Shown here: positions 10,530-20,577 of the stretch, piece after piece
Layout: each line of letters starts with the position of its first letter
How positions within the stretch are numbered: the stretch's first letter is position 1
Source of the DNA: an uncultured delta proteobacterium
GTDB taxonomy: Bacteria; Desulfobacterota; Desulfobacteria; Desulfobacterales; QNYZ01
DNA length: 64,000 bases
Direction of reading: 5' to 3'
Assembly (NCBI GenBank): GCA_963845145.1
Contig: CAWJQU010000002.1
Location: 128,001-192,000, forward strand
Position numbers and translations under genes: made by a program
Notes under the pieces: generated by a model
Databases searched by the model: none
Seen by the model: only the letters and a program-made list of their open reading frames with translations
What the model was told of the DNA's origin: nothing

Positions 10530-12110
10530 ATGAAACATCGCCTGAACGTATTTATCATGGCTATTTTCGGTTTGCTCATTTTTGGCGCCCCGGTGCAGGG
10601 GTCGGATACACCCTCGAAGACAACCCATATTACCCAGTCATCGCAACACACGGTGAATACGGAAACCGAAAAGGAGCAGACAAACGGTCATACCGATGGT
10701 GATGCTTCATCGGGAACCCATCATTCGGCCGAATCTGATACTGCCCAATCCAATTCCGCCCATGGGCACGTGGAGCTGGGAACCATGCTGCCCCTTTGGA
10801 GTTGCATCCCCTTTGCCTGCATGCTTCTATCCATTGCGCTTTTTCCATTGGTAGCACCGCAATTCTGGCACCACCATTTTGGAAAAATCTCCGCATTCTG
10901 GGCGACCCTCATGGCGCTCCCCTTTGTTTACGCTTTCAAAGGCGCCGCCCTATACGAAATCCTGCATATTATTTTGGCCGATTATGTCCCGTTTATCATT
11001 CTGCTATGGTCCTTGTATACCGTATCCGGCGGTATCCTGTTGCGGGGCACCTTGCGGGGTACGCCCATTGTCAATACCATAATGTTGATCATCGGAACGA
11101 TCCTGGCATCATGGATGGGCACAACCGGTGCGGCCATGCTGCTCATTCGTCCCTTTCTGCGGGCCAATAGCCATCGTAAAAGCCGAACCTTTATGGTGGT
11201 TTTCTTCATTTTTTTGGTCGCTAATATCGGTGGTTCTTTGACCCCGTTGGGTGATCCACCGCTGTTTTTAGGCTTTTTGCACGGGGTGACCTTCTTCTGG
11301 ACCTTCAACATTCTACCCCACATGCTGGTTGTTTCTATTCTACTGCTGGTCATCTATTTTTTCTTAGACACCTATTTCTACCGCAAAGAGAACGTTACAG
11401 CCCCGGATGACGGCACCAAAGAGCCGCTAAAGCTGGAAGGAACTTACAACTTTATATTTTTAGGCGGCATCATCGGTGCGGTTTTGTTCAGTGGCATCAC
11501 GGACTTGGGCGAGGTCAACACCTTGGGTGTACACCGGGCGATACAAGACTGGACCCGCGATGGGCTGCTCATTGCCATGGGTATCCTGTCCCTGGTGGTT
11601 ACACCGATCCAGCTGCGTGAGGACAATGATTTTACCTGGTTTCCCATTATCGAGGTCGCCTACCTGTTTATCGGAATTTTTATCACCATGATTCCGTGTC
11701 TGGCGATTTTGAGGGCCGGCTCCGAAGGCGCTCTCGGATTTCTGGTCAATTCCGTGGTTGAACCGTACCATTACTTTTGGGTCACCGGCGCATTATCCGG
11801 TTTTCTTGATAACGCGCCGACGTATCTGACCTTTTTCAACACAGCCTTGGGCAGTTTTTATGCCGGCATGACGGAAGCCCAGGCAGTGCCGTTGTTGATG
11901 ACGGAGAACGCCATATATTTAAAAGCGATATCTACCGGAGCCGTCTTTTTTGGTGCCTGCAGCTATATCGGGAATGCCCCCAACTTCATGGTTCGATCAA
12001 TTTCCGAGGAAGCCGGTACCCCGATGCCGAGTTTTTTCGGTTACATTTTAAAGTATAGCCTGATCTTCTTAATCCCGTGTTTTGTGGTCGTTACGCTTAT
12101 CTTCTTTTAG
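10530..12110 (+). CDS. Ion-transporter superfamily membrane protein (putative Na+:H+ antiporter / citrate transporter-like)
   Basis: Multi-TM; ANIGGSLTPLGDPPLFLG, FLDNAPTY and YIGNAPNFMV motifs; His/Ser-rich N-terminal linker. Confidence 0.8.
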   Translation: MKHRLNVFIMAIFGLLIFGAPVQGSDTPSKTTHITQSSQHTVNTETEKEQTNGHTDGDASSGTHHSAESDTAQSNSAHGHVELGTMLPLWSCIPFACMLLSIALFPLVAPQFWHHHFGKISAFWATLMALPFVYAFKGAALYEILHIILADYVPFIILLWSLYTVSGGILLRGTLRGTPIVNTIMLIIGTILASWMGTTGAAMLLIRPFLRANSHRKSRTFMVVFFIFLVANIGGSLTPLGDPPLFLGFLHGVTFFWTFNILPHMLVVSILLLVIYFFLDTYFYRKENVTAPDDGTKEPLKLEGTYNFIFLGGIIGAVLFSGITDLGEVNTLGVHRAIQDWTRDGLLIAMGILSLVVTPIQLREDNDFTWFPIIEVAYLFIGIFITMIPCLAILRAGSEGALGFLVNSVVEPYHYFWVTGALSGFLDNAPTYLTFFNTALGSFYAGMTEAQAVPLLMTENAIYLKAISTGAVFFGACSYIGNAPNFMVRSISEEAGTPMPSFFGYILKYSLIFLIPCFVVVTLIFF

Positions 12111-12173
12111 GGGGGCACCTTATGGTCAGAAAGCCCAGTCTTCCCGACAAGAATAAAACAGGAGATAGCTTAA

Positions 12174-13061
12174 ATGATGTTTAAAAAAATATTATTTTAC
12201 ACGCAGTTTAGGGAAATGGCGTTTAACTCTCTTGAAGCAATATTGGCCCTGAAACCGGCTGGCCTCGAGGAAGTGGTCCTCACTCATGTGGTTCCCCAGG
12301 AAGAAGTGGCCTTCGTGCCCTACGGCGGGTACCTGAAAGAAGAAGCTGAACGCATCAAGGAGACAGCCCGCATTCGGTTTGAAGAGTGGGAGGAAACCAT
12401 AGCCGCCAACGGCCTGACCAGCAAAATCAGAATTGAAGTCGGCGGCGTTAATCCCACCATTATGGATATTGCCGAAGAGGAGAAAGTCGATCTCATCGTC
12501 ACCGGCCGGAAAAAGCGCACACTATTGGAAAAGGTATACGTGGGTTCACATATTTTAGATTTGCTGCGACGAAGCAGCATACCCATCCTGATGGCCAAAT
12601 ATATGGTGGCTTACGAAATCGAGGGAGATGAATTTTCCCGTGTAAACGACCAGATCTTTGACCGCCCGCTTTTGACCACCGACTGGTCCGAACCATCTGA
12701 ACGTGCACGGGATGCCCTTGGCGCGTTAAAAGGTGTGGCCCAACAAGTATTGGTGGCCCATGTCATTGGTTCCAAGCTCGCTAAAGGGCAGGATCAAGAT
12801 GGCCTAAAGGCTTTACGGCTTGAAAGTGAAAATCGCCTGGAAGCGTATTGCCGCCGGATCGAAACTTTCGGCTTAACAGCTGAATCCCATTTGGCCGTGG
12901 GACGCACGGTGTCGGAAATTTTAAAAATATCCCGTGAACATAAAGCCACCATGATCGTTATGGGACGCACCGGCAAAGACTGGTTTGAAGAATACTGGTT
13001 GGGTGGGGTTACCCATCGTGTGGCCGAACTGGCAGAGATCCCCGTCCTGATTATTCCGTAA
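12174..13061 (+). CDS. Universal stress protein (tandem USP domains)
   Basis: VDLIVTG...YVGS and MIVMGRTG...LGGVTHRV...PVLIIP. Confidence 0.9.
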   Translation: MMFKKILFYTQFREMAFNSLEAILALKPAGLEEVVLTHVVPQEEVAFVPYGGYLKEEAERIKETARIRFEEWEETIAANGLTSKIRIEVGGVNPTIMDIAEEEKVDLIVTGRKKRTLLEKVYVGSHILDLLRRSSIPILMAKYMVAYEIEGDEFSRVNDQIFDRPLLTTDWSEPSERARDALGALKGVAQQVLVAHVIGSKLAKGQDQDGLKALRLESENRLEAYCRRIETFGLTAESHLAVGRTVSEILKISREHKATMIVMGRTGKDWFEEYWLGGVTHRVAELAEIPVLIIP

Positions 13062-13141
13062 ATAGCAGATATGGCGGTCGCTCAGCCAAAACCGTTCAAT
13101 AGCAAATAACACAGTTAACAACTTGGAAACGATGAAATAAA

Positions 13142-16108
13142 ATGATTGATATTCTGGATCAAACGCCCATCGCTTTGGTTGGTGGGGGTCACTTTTGCAA
13201 ATTGTTATTGGAATTGTTTTATTCCGATCACTTTTCTGACCGACAACCGAAAATCCTCGGTGTTGCCGATCCCGACAACCAGGCCGAGGGGATGGTTTAC
13301 GCCCGTAAGAAAGGCATTTACACGACAAAACGGTATGAAACGCTATATAAGAAAAAAGGACTTCAAGTTATCATCGAAATCAGCGATGACGCGACGCTGG
13401 CTAAAGCGATCGAAAAAACGAAACCGGCGCACATTCGGTTAGTCAACCAGATCGAAAGCAGAACCCTGTGGTCCATACTTCAAGTTGAATCTGAAAAAGC
13501 CAAAATGCTTCAGGCGATCGAGCAGGGTAAAATCGGGGAATCGGATACCCGGGCGATGATCGGGCAATTTGCCGACCAAATCGAACAAATGATACGTGCC
13601 CGTGGTGAGCGTTATGAGCTGATTGAAAGAGAATTGAACAAAAATAAGCAGGAACTGGACCAAATTATCCAGGGCAACACGATTCCTACTTTTGTTATCG
13701 ACCAGAACCATGTCGTGACCCATTGGAATCGTGCCTGCGAAAAACTGACCGGTTACGCGGCCGAAAAACTCATCGGCACAAGTAACCACTGGAAACCGTT
13801 TCGTTCCAAAAAACGCCCGATCATGGCTGATCTTGTCCTGGACGGTATAAAAAAAGAAGATGCATTAAAATATTACGGTAAGAAATGGCATCGATCCTCT
13901 CTAATCGACGGCGCCTTTGAAGCGGAAGAATTTTTTTCACATCTGGGGGAAGATGGATTGTGGCTGTTTTTCACGGCGGCGCCTATCAAAACCCCGGATG
14001 GCAATATCATAGGGGCCATTGAAACCCTGCAGGATCGCACCGCCATAAAAAAGGCCAATGAAGAGACTATTCGCCAAAATGAATTACTGGCCGCCGCCCA
14101 GCAGGAAATGGCACAACTGATCCAGGGGAGCACCGTGCCGACATTTGTGATTAACCAAGACCATATTGTCACCCATTGGAACAAAGCTATTGAAAAACTA
14201 TCCGGGTACGGTGCTGAAGATATTGTGGGGACCAATAAACAATGGCTACCGTTTTGGAAGACCGAGCGCCCATCCATGGCCGATGTGGTTCTGGATCAGA
14301 CCTCGGAAGCGACTATTAAAAAATTGTACGAAGGAAAATGGCGCAAATCGTCCTTGATCGAAGATGCTTACGAAGCGGAAATGTTTCTACCCAATCTAGG
14401 CAAAACCGGGAAATGGTGCTGGTTTACGGCGGCGCCCATTCGGGATGCCAATGAAAAAATCATCGGCGCCATTGAAACCCTCTGGGATAAAACCGAAGAC
14501 AAACTGGCGGAAGAGGAGCGCAAACGGCACAATCGGGAGTTAAAAACTTTATGCTCTATTTACCAGTCACTGGGCGCCCCGCTGGATATCGAATTCAGGA
14601 TAAACCTGACCATGCGGCAAATCGCGGAGATTTTAGGGTCTGACTTTCTTTGTATCTACCTTTTAGGCAAAGACGGTCTCTACCATTTGAGATACAAGTA
14701 TGGTGTGGGCGGAAATATTTGTCAAAAAATGCCTATCGCCGATAGAGATAGTATGGTCTACGAAGTGGCTCAAAAAGGCCGCCTGGACACGTTTAACAAT
14801 TTAAACTCTAATAAAAACAACGAGCTAAAAATGCTCGGTGGGGAGGGTCTGGGATCGGTCGCTTACACGCCCATTTTTGACCGAAACAAAAATGTTCTGG
14901 GCGTTATGCGCTCCGGAAGTCGCCAAAGTCGATTGTACAGCGATGAAGAGAAAAATATTCTTGAATTGACCGGCAACCGAATCGGTGTAGCCATTGAGAA
15001 TTCAAACCTGCAGGAAGAGTTAAAGGATCGGGCTTACTTTCAGTCAAAACTGATTAAAAGCTCGAACAACGGCATTGTCGCGACCGACAATACTTGGAAA
15101 ATTATCGTCTTTAACCCCGAAGCCCAGGTTTTATTTGGATGTGATGAGGCCGATGTGGTGGGCAAAACGGACGCTCGCGACCTCTTTCCAAAAAAAGTCA
15201 TGGACCTCTTACTTGAAAATCAGGGGGCTGCCAAACCGATTGACGAAATGCCCTGGGAAGAGACAGCGATTAAAGTAAACGATCGAATCAAAATTCCGGT
15301 GATGTTTTCAGGAACTTTGCTCTATAGTGCCGGAAAGGTCATGGGCAGCGTGGTCTTCTTTCAGGATCTGCGGGAGGTCAAACGGCTCGAGCACGAATTG
15401 ATCAATAGTGAACAACTGGCGGCAGTGGGACAAACCGTTGCCGGCATGGCCCACTGTATAAAAAATATCTTGAACGGTTTTAAGGGTGGAAGTTACCTGT
15501 TAAATGTAGGCATTGACAAGGATAATTCCGGTAAGATAAAAAATGGCTGGGGGATGATCCAGCGCAACATCGACCGCACCTCCAATCTCGTCATGGACTT
15601 GCTGACCTATTCTCGGGACCGAGAACCCGAGTTCGAGCAATGTGTTCCCAATGACATCGTCGACGATGTGATCGAAGTGATGACGGAAAGTGCCGCCGAG
15701 CACGAAGTTGAACTGGTCCGAGAGCTTTCACCGGCCATCGGTGAGGTGGTTCTCGACCCTAAGGGTTTGCACCGCTGCCTGATGAACCTGGTATCCAATG
15801 CCATCGATGCCTGTTATTTCGATGACAGTGTTACCAAAAAACACCGGGTTGAAATTAAAACCGCCCTGGAAAACGATGCGTTTATCCGATTCGAAGTAAA
15901 AGATAATGGTGCCGGGATGGATGAAGAGCTAAGGACCAAGCTCTTTAAATCCGTTTTCAGCACCAAGGGGGCCAAAGGCACCGGCTTAGGGCTTTTGGTC
16001 ACCCGTAAATTGGTTGAAGAACATGAAGGTTCCGTGGATGTCTCCTCGACACTGGGCGAAGGAACGGTCTTTATGATTCGCCTGCCGCTAAAACGAATGG
16101 AAGAATGA
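13142..16108 (+). CDS. Multi-sensor histidine kinase (Rossmann-like, 2xPAS, GAF, PAS, HisKA, HATPase)
   Basis: AHCIKNIL H-box, NLVSNAIDA N-box, DNGAGM, FSTK and GTGLGL; duplicated PAS domains. Confidence 0.93.
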   Translation: MIDILDQTPIALVGGGHFCKLLLELFYSDHFSDRQPKILGVADPDNQAEGMVYARKKGIYTTKRYETLYKKKGLQVIIEISDDATLAKAIEKTKPAHIRLVNQIESRTLWSILQVESEKAKMLQAIEQGKIGESDTRAMIGQFADQIEQMIRARGERYELIERELNKNKQELDQIIQGNTIPTFVIDQNHVVTHWNRACEKLTGYAAEKLIGTSNHWKPFRSKKRPIMADLVLDGIKKEDALKYYGKKWHRSSLIDGAFEAEEFFSHLGEDGLWLFFTAAPIKTPDGNIIGAIETLQDRTAIKKANEETIRQNELLAAAQQEMAQLIQGSTVPTFVINQDHIVTHWNKAIEKLSGYGAEDIVGTNKQWLPFWKTERPSMADVVLDQTSEATIKKLYEGKWRKSSLIEDAYEAEMFLPNLGKTGKWCWFTAAPIRDANEKIIGAIETLWDKTEDKLAEEERKRHNRELKTLCSIYQSLGAPLDIEFRINLTMRQIAEILGSDFLCIYLLGKDGLYHLRYKYGVGGNICQKMPIADRDSMVYEVAQKGRLDTFNNLNSNKNNELKMLGGEGLGSVAYTPIFDRNKNVLGVMRSGSRQSRLYSDEEKNILELTGNRIGVAIENSNLQEELKDRAYFQSKLIKSSNNGIVATDNTWKIIVFNPEAQVLFGCDEADVVGKTDARDLFPKKVMDLLLENQGAAKPIDEMPWEETAIKVNDRIKIPVMFSGTLLYSAGKVMGSVVFFQDLREVKRLEHELINSEQLAAVGQTVAGMAHCIKNILNGFKGGSYLLNVGIDKDNSGKIKNGWGMIQRNIDRTSNLVMDLLTYSRDREPEFEQCVPNDIVDDVIEVMTESAAEHEVELVRELSPAIGEVVLDPKGLHRCLMNLVSNAIDACYFDDSVTKKHRVEIKTALENDAFIRFEVKDNGAGMDEELRTKLFKSVFSTKGAKGTGLGLLVTRKLVEEHEGSVDVSSTLGEGTVFMIRLPLKRMEE

Positions 16109-16122
16109 GATGCACGGGGTAA

Positions 16123-16279
16123 GGGCTCGCGCAAAAATAATTTCACAATTTTAAGCGCCGATGCATCCCGTCTGGCGGCGTTGTGAAAGCTCGGAATATC
16201 TCGATATTCCTGCACTTTCACGCCTTGCCAGGCGGGCGCCTCAACACCTAAAATTGTGAACTTATTTTTACACGAACCC
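16123..16279. mobile_element. MITE-like palindromic element flanked by TAA direct repeats
   Basis: Imperfect 30-bp terminal inverted repeats (gggctcgcgcaaaaataatttcacaatttt / aaaattgtgaacttatttttacacgaaccc); whole element can fold into one hairpin with ggaatatc-tc-gatattcc apex. Confidence 0.75.
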
Positions 16280-16319
16280 TAAGCACGTTAAGAAGTTAAG
16301 GCCATAGGGAGGTTACCCA

Positions 16320-16712
16320 ATGAGCAAGAAAGTATTAATAGTAGACGATGATCCTGATGTGAGATTGTTCAATGCGACGGTTGTTGAAGAAAGCGGCCAT
16401 ATTCCAGTCGAAGCCGAAAACGGCGAAGAAGGGCTCAAGATGGTCAAAGAGGAAGCCCCCGACCTGGTCATTCTGGACGTTCTGATGCCCAGACAAAGTG
16501 GAATCCGGCTCTACCGAGAGTTAAAAACCGATCGATCCCTAAAGAATGTCAAAGTGATCATGCTATCCGGGGTAGCCAAGCGTACGTTCATGCGTTCCCA
16601 GAAAGCGTTGACCGAGTTCGGTGGCGAGAAGGTTCCCGATCCTGAAATCTACATTGAAAAACCGGTTGAACCTGAAGAGCTGGCTGCAGCTATTGAAAAA
16701 ATGTTGAGCTGA
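16320..16712 (+). CDS. Single-domain response regulator
   Basis: VLIVDDD, LVILDVLMP phospho-Asp, EKP. Confidence 0.93.
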   Translation: MSKKVLIVDDDPDVRLFNATVVEESGHIPVEAENGEEGLKMVKEEAPDLVILDVLMPRQSGIRLYRELKTDRSLKNVKVIMLSGVAKRTFMRSQKALTEFGGEKVPDPEIYIEKPVEPEELAAAIEKMLS

Positions 16713-16778
16713 CACGGGCTGTCAGGGTTGTCGGCCTACATGAAAGTATTCAACTGAGCCGAAACGGTGGAGTCCCAA

Positions 16779-17663
16779 ATGAAGATCGAAAAGCTGTTAT
16801 TCGCCACTAAATTTGAAGAGCTGCAATTGGACGCCCTGCACTCTTTGCTAGATTTAAAAAAAGCGGATCTTAACCACGTCGTTTTTCTAAATGTCATCGA
16901 AAGAGAAAAAGTCGCCATGCGCCGTGGTGCCGGGTATAAGAAGGACGAAGCCATTCGCTTAAAAGAAAAAGCGAATATTCGTTTTATCGACTGGGCCGAA
17001 CACCTCCTCGAACAAGGCATGGAAGTGGGTGTGTATATCGTCGTCGGCGGTATGGCCCGCCATGTCATTGAGTCCGCTAAAAAAGAGGAAGTTGACCTTA
17101 TCGTGATCGGCCCTCAGAAAAAAAGCCCGTTGGAAAAGCTATACGCCGGCTCGGATATTATTGAGATAATCCGTGGCTCCGGTCTTCCGGTGCTTGTTTT
17201 CAAATACATGGATAAGGACAAACAGATCCTTGGAAAACCGTTTGATCGCCCATTGCTGACCACCGACTTCTCATCTGTCAGCGATCACACCATCGACTAT
17301 TTCTCAAGCCTTGGTGAGGTCATCGAAGAGATGCATGTAATCCATGTAATTGACGAGAAGCAACTGACCGGTGACTCAGCCATGTCGGTTCAAAAGGCGC
17401 GCAAAACCACGCGAAAAAAACTGGATGAAATTTGTGACCGGCTGGAAGATAAAGGCATTAATACAAGGGTTCATGTATATGTCGGTGAAACAGTATCTGA
17501 AATTGATAAAGCCGCCCGGGAATGCCGGGCGACAATGATTGTGGCGGGGACATCCAGCAAAAGCAGCTGGCGGAAGAAACTGTTGGGAAGTACACCTCAG
17601 ACCATTGCAGAGAAATCGCCCTTTCCAACATTGATTATTCCCCCCGGAAAAAATATAGTGTAA
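16779..17663 (+). CDS. Universal stress protein (tandem USP domains), paralog of 12174..13061
   Basis: VDLIVIG...YAGS, FDRPLLTTD, LLGS...PTLIIP. Confidence 0.9.
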   Translation: MKIEKLLFATKFEELQLDALHSLLDLKKADLNHVVFLNVIEREKVAMRRGAGYKKDEAIRLKEKANIRFIDWAEHLLEQGMEVGVYIVVGGMARHVIESAKKEEVDLIVIGPQKKSPLEKLYAGSDIIEIIRGSGLPVLVFKYMDKDKQILGKPFDRPLLTTDFSSVSDHTIDYFSSLGEVIEEMHVIHVIDEKQLTGDSAMSVQKARKTTRKKLDEICDRLEDKGINTRVHVYVGETVSEIDKAARECRATMIVAGTSSKSSWRKKLLGSTPQTIAEKSPFPTLIIPPGKNIV

Positions 17664-17772
17664 TTGAAATAAAGGTTTTTTATTTTCAACTGTTAACTAT
17701 CATGATGCCGATTCGGTTAATGCATCTCGTTGCTAAATTAAAGCCCGATACAATGTTAAGAAGGAGGAAATA

Positions 17773-18390
17773 ATGGCAGTCGTAACCATCTCAAGGCAAT
17801 ACGGCGCCGGGGGAAAAACGCTAGGAAAATTGCTGTCCAAGCGACTCAATTATACTTTTGCCGACAGTGATATTATTCAACGAATAGCCAAAGAGGCCAA
17901 TGTGTCTTCCGATTGGGTCACTTCATTTGAAAAAGAAGCCGGCAGCAAGGTAAGCCGGATGGTTTCAAAGATGGTCTCCCAACGGCTGGTCGATCGTGTG
18001 CTAAAAAATGAACGGGGATACCTGGATGAACAGATCTACCTGGACTACCTTGTCCTGATCATCGCCCAAATTGCCGATGAAGGGGATGTTGTTATCATGG
18101 GCCGGGGCAGCCAATATATTTTAGATGACCATCCGGATGCGTATCACATCCTGCTTATCAACAATACTGAAAACCGAATTAAATTCCTGATGGACAGTTA
18201 CCAATTTTCCGACAGGCAAGCCGCCCAGACGGTGAAATCCGAAGATCGCCGACGGGCCAGCCTGTATCGCAAGCTGGGAAAACAGGATTACGACAGTGCG
18301 TCGCTATATCATCTGGTCCTGAACATGGCCTACCTGGACATGCCGGCAGCGGTCGATCTCGTTCATCATCTGGTAACAACTAAAAAGTAA
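17773..18390 (+). CDS. Cytidylate kinase-like family protein
   Basis: TISRQYGAGG, VIMGRGS, DRRRA, YHLVLN. Confidence 0.88.
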   Translation: MAVVTISRQYGAGGKTLGKLLSKRLNYTFADSDIIQRIAKEANVSSDWVTSFEKEAGSKVSRMVSKMVSQRLVDRVLKNERGYLDEQIYLDYLVLIIAQIADEGDVVIMGRGSQYILDDHPDAYHILLINNTENRIKFLMDSYQFSDRQAAQTVKSEDRRRASLYRKLGKQDYDSASLYHLVLNMAYLDMPAAVDLVHHLVTTKK

Positions 18391-18404
18391 TTTTTGAATG
18401 GTAC

Positions 18405-19529
18405 CTAAGCGCCGACTAAAGCGGTTTGGCTCGAATCTATCTTATTATTTCCGTTTCCAACCGTATTCATAAGGGCTCTTGCCACCCTGTCATTTATTTT
18501 AACCCCTTGCAAAGATATGCGGATAAATTGATCGGAAAGGCCGTGAAAGTTACTGCAATCGCGGATTAATATGCGTTGCCGGGCCAGTTTCTGTGCAATA
18601 TTGGGTGCCTCCAATGAGTCCATCAGCTCAAGGAGCACATAGGAGGCATGGCTGGGATAGGGCTTGATATGTGGACATGCGGCCAGCTTTCGCATAAAAC
18701 GCCGGCGTTCCTGATTAATAAATTGGCGGCTCGATTGAACAAAGTCAGCTACCTTCGAGGCTGGGTCCATTAGATATTGAACCGCACACTGGGCCAGGCC
18801 ATTGACACTCCAAGGTGTTGCATATTTTTTAAACGCTTCAATGATTGGCGGTTTTGCAATCACAAAACCGACGCGAAGCCCCGGGATTCGGTATATTTTC
18901 GATAGCGAATGCAGGACAATTACATTTTCCAAACCCGCCCCAACCAGGGTGTGTGCCTGGTCATCATCGACAAACGATAGGTAAGACTCATCGATCACAA
19001 ACCGCGTTCGCCTGTGTTGCCGGCATAGGCTTTTCAATTGATCGCCCGATATCAACTGGCCGGTGGGATTATTGGGATTGCAGATCACCACCGTATCATA
19101 GGTGTCGGCCACGCTGCCAAGGTATTCCAGGTCCGGCTGGAACCCCGCTTTCGGTTCGGCAATTAAATGGTCGGGACACAAACCGTGCATTTTACAGGCA
19201 TCGGCGTAATCACTATAGGTGGGTGCCAGAATCAAGACCCGTCGACTCTTTAAAGCCGGTAGCATGGCATAGATAAACTGGGTCGTACCGCCGCCGGCTG
19301 AGATCTCGGAAGGCGTAATCCCCATAATCCCAGCCAAATCGGCACAAATGGTTGCACTATCAACTTCCGGCAAGGACAATATAACGTCGAGATTCTTCTT
19401 CAGGTGCCCCACCAGACCGGGCGGCGGGCCAAGGGCGTTCATATTGCTGCTGACATCGATGATGTCACTGGGGTGACACATCAGGGTACGCGCCAATTCA
19501 AATATATTACCGCCATGGCCCCGAATCAT
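18405..19529 (-). CDS. cobD: L-threonine-O-3-phosphate decarboxylase
   Basis: HGGN, CNPNNPTG, DESY, SLSKIYRIPGLRVG (PLP); last gene of the cobalamin operon. Confidence 0.88.
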   Translation of the reverse strand: MIRGHGGNIFELARTLMCHPSDIIDVSSNMNALGPPPGLVGHLKKNLDVILSLPEVDSATICADLAGIMGITPSEISAGGGTTQFIYAMLPALKSRRVLILAPTYSDYADACKMHGLCPDHLIAEPKAGFQPDLEYLGSVADTYDTVVICNPNNPTGQLISGDQLKSLCRQHRRTRFVIDESYLSFVDDDQAHTLVGAGLENVIVLHSLSKIYRIPGLRVGFVIAKPPIIEAFKKYATPWSVNGLAQCAVQYLMDPASKVADFVQSSRQFINQERRRFMRKLAACPHIKPYPSHASYVLLELMDSLEAPNIAQKLARQRILIRDCSNFHGLSDQFIRISLQGVKINDRVARALMNTVGNGNNKIDSSQTALVGA

Positions 19530-19698
19530 GTCAGTTCTCCAGATGTAAAATTAAAACTTTTCATAAATACCATTTTCATCCAATTTTAAATTGCGCCAAA
19601 TTATTTTTTCTCCAGGACCTCAAATGAGGTGTCCTTCGGGTGAACCGATTATCGGTTGAGGGTTCGCAGCCGCCATGCGGGCTACTGCGCCGGAGTTA

Positions 19699-20577
19699 TC
19701 ACTCGATATCGTATTTGCGGCCATACCCGCGGGGCGTGTAAATAAAGCGGCCATAATGACGTGTTGTGCTATTCCCTATAAAAACGGTGCTTTGCATATC
19801 TACATGTGCTTGATGCAGTTGTCCCAGGGATGTTGTTGTCACCGTTTGATCGGCCCGCATGACGCTTTTCGCAATCCCTACCGGTGTATCGGCCGCGCGG
19901 TAGGCCATGACTATTTCTTGGGCTTTTTTAAGCTGCCAATCCCTTTTTTTGCTTTTGGGGTTATATAAAACAATCACAAAATCTGCCTGGGCGGCGACCT
20001 CAATGCGTTTTTCGATGACTTCCCAGGGAGTCAGCAAGTCACTTAAACTAATGGCGGCAAAGTCGTGGGTTAGGGGTGCCCCTAGAAGTGCCGCTCCGGC
20101 GCACAACGCCGGAATTCCGGGAATGATTTCGATGGCAACGGTCTCTTTGTCCGGTGATGTGGGCAACGGGGAATAGGGAACGGCCGGAATGTGTCGCGCT
20201 GCCAACATTTCGAATACCAACCCGGCCATGGCGTATATCCCCGGATCGCCACTGGAGATAAGTGCAACCGTGTGACCGGACAAGGCCTTGTCAATGGCTG
20301 CCTCCACGCGCTGAACCTCTTTGGTCATGGCCGTACTAATGATGGTCTTGCCCTCGATTTGGTCACGAACCAGCTCTATATAGGTCTTGTATCCAACAAT
20401 CGTGTCGGCCTCGGCGAGGGCACTCACCGCCCGCTGGGAAAAGTGGTCGGCGTGGCCCGGCCCAATGCCTATTATGAACAGGCCAGGCGCCCCAATGCTA
20501 CGGTCACATTGTTGCTCTTCTGTTTGGTCACGATCAGGTCGCCCCCCTGGGCGGATAGAATGGCTGCGGCTTCGCAT
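19699..20577 (-). CDS. cbiH: Cobalt-precorrin-3B C17-methyltransferase (start uncertain)
   Basis: IGIGPG, SSGDPGIYAMA, ISLSDLLTPW, YNPKS, TPRGY. Confidence 0.92.
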   Translation of the reverse strand: MRSRSHSIRPGGRPDRDQTEEQQCDRSIGAPGLFIIGIGPGHADHFSQRAVSALAEADTIVGYKTYIELVRDQIEGKTIISTAMTKEVQRVEAAIDKALSGHTVALISSGDPGIYAMAGLVFEMLAARHIPAVPYSPLPTSPDKETVAIEIIPGIPALCAGAALLGAPLTHDFAAISLSDLLTPWEVIEKRIEVAAQADFVIVLYNPKSKKRDWQLKKAQEIVMAYRAADTPVGIAKSVMRADQTVTTTSLGQLHQAHVDMQSTVFIGNSTTRHYGRFIYTPRGYGRKYDIE

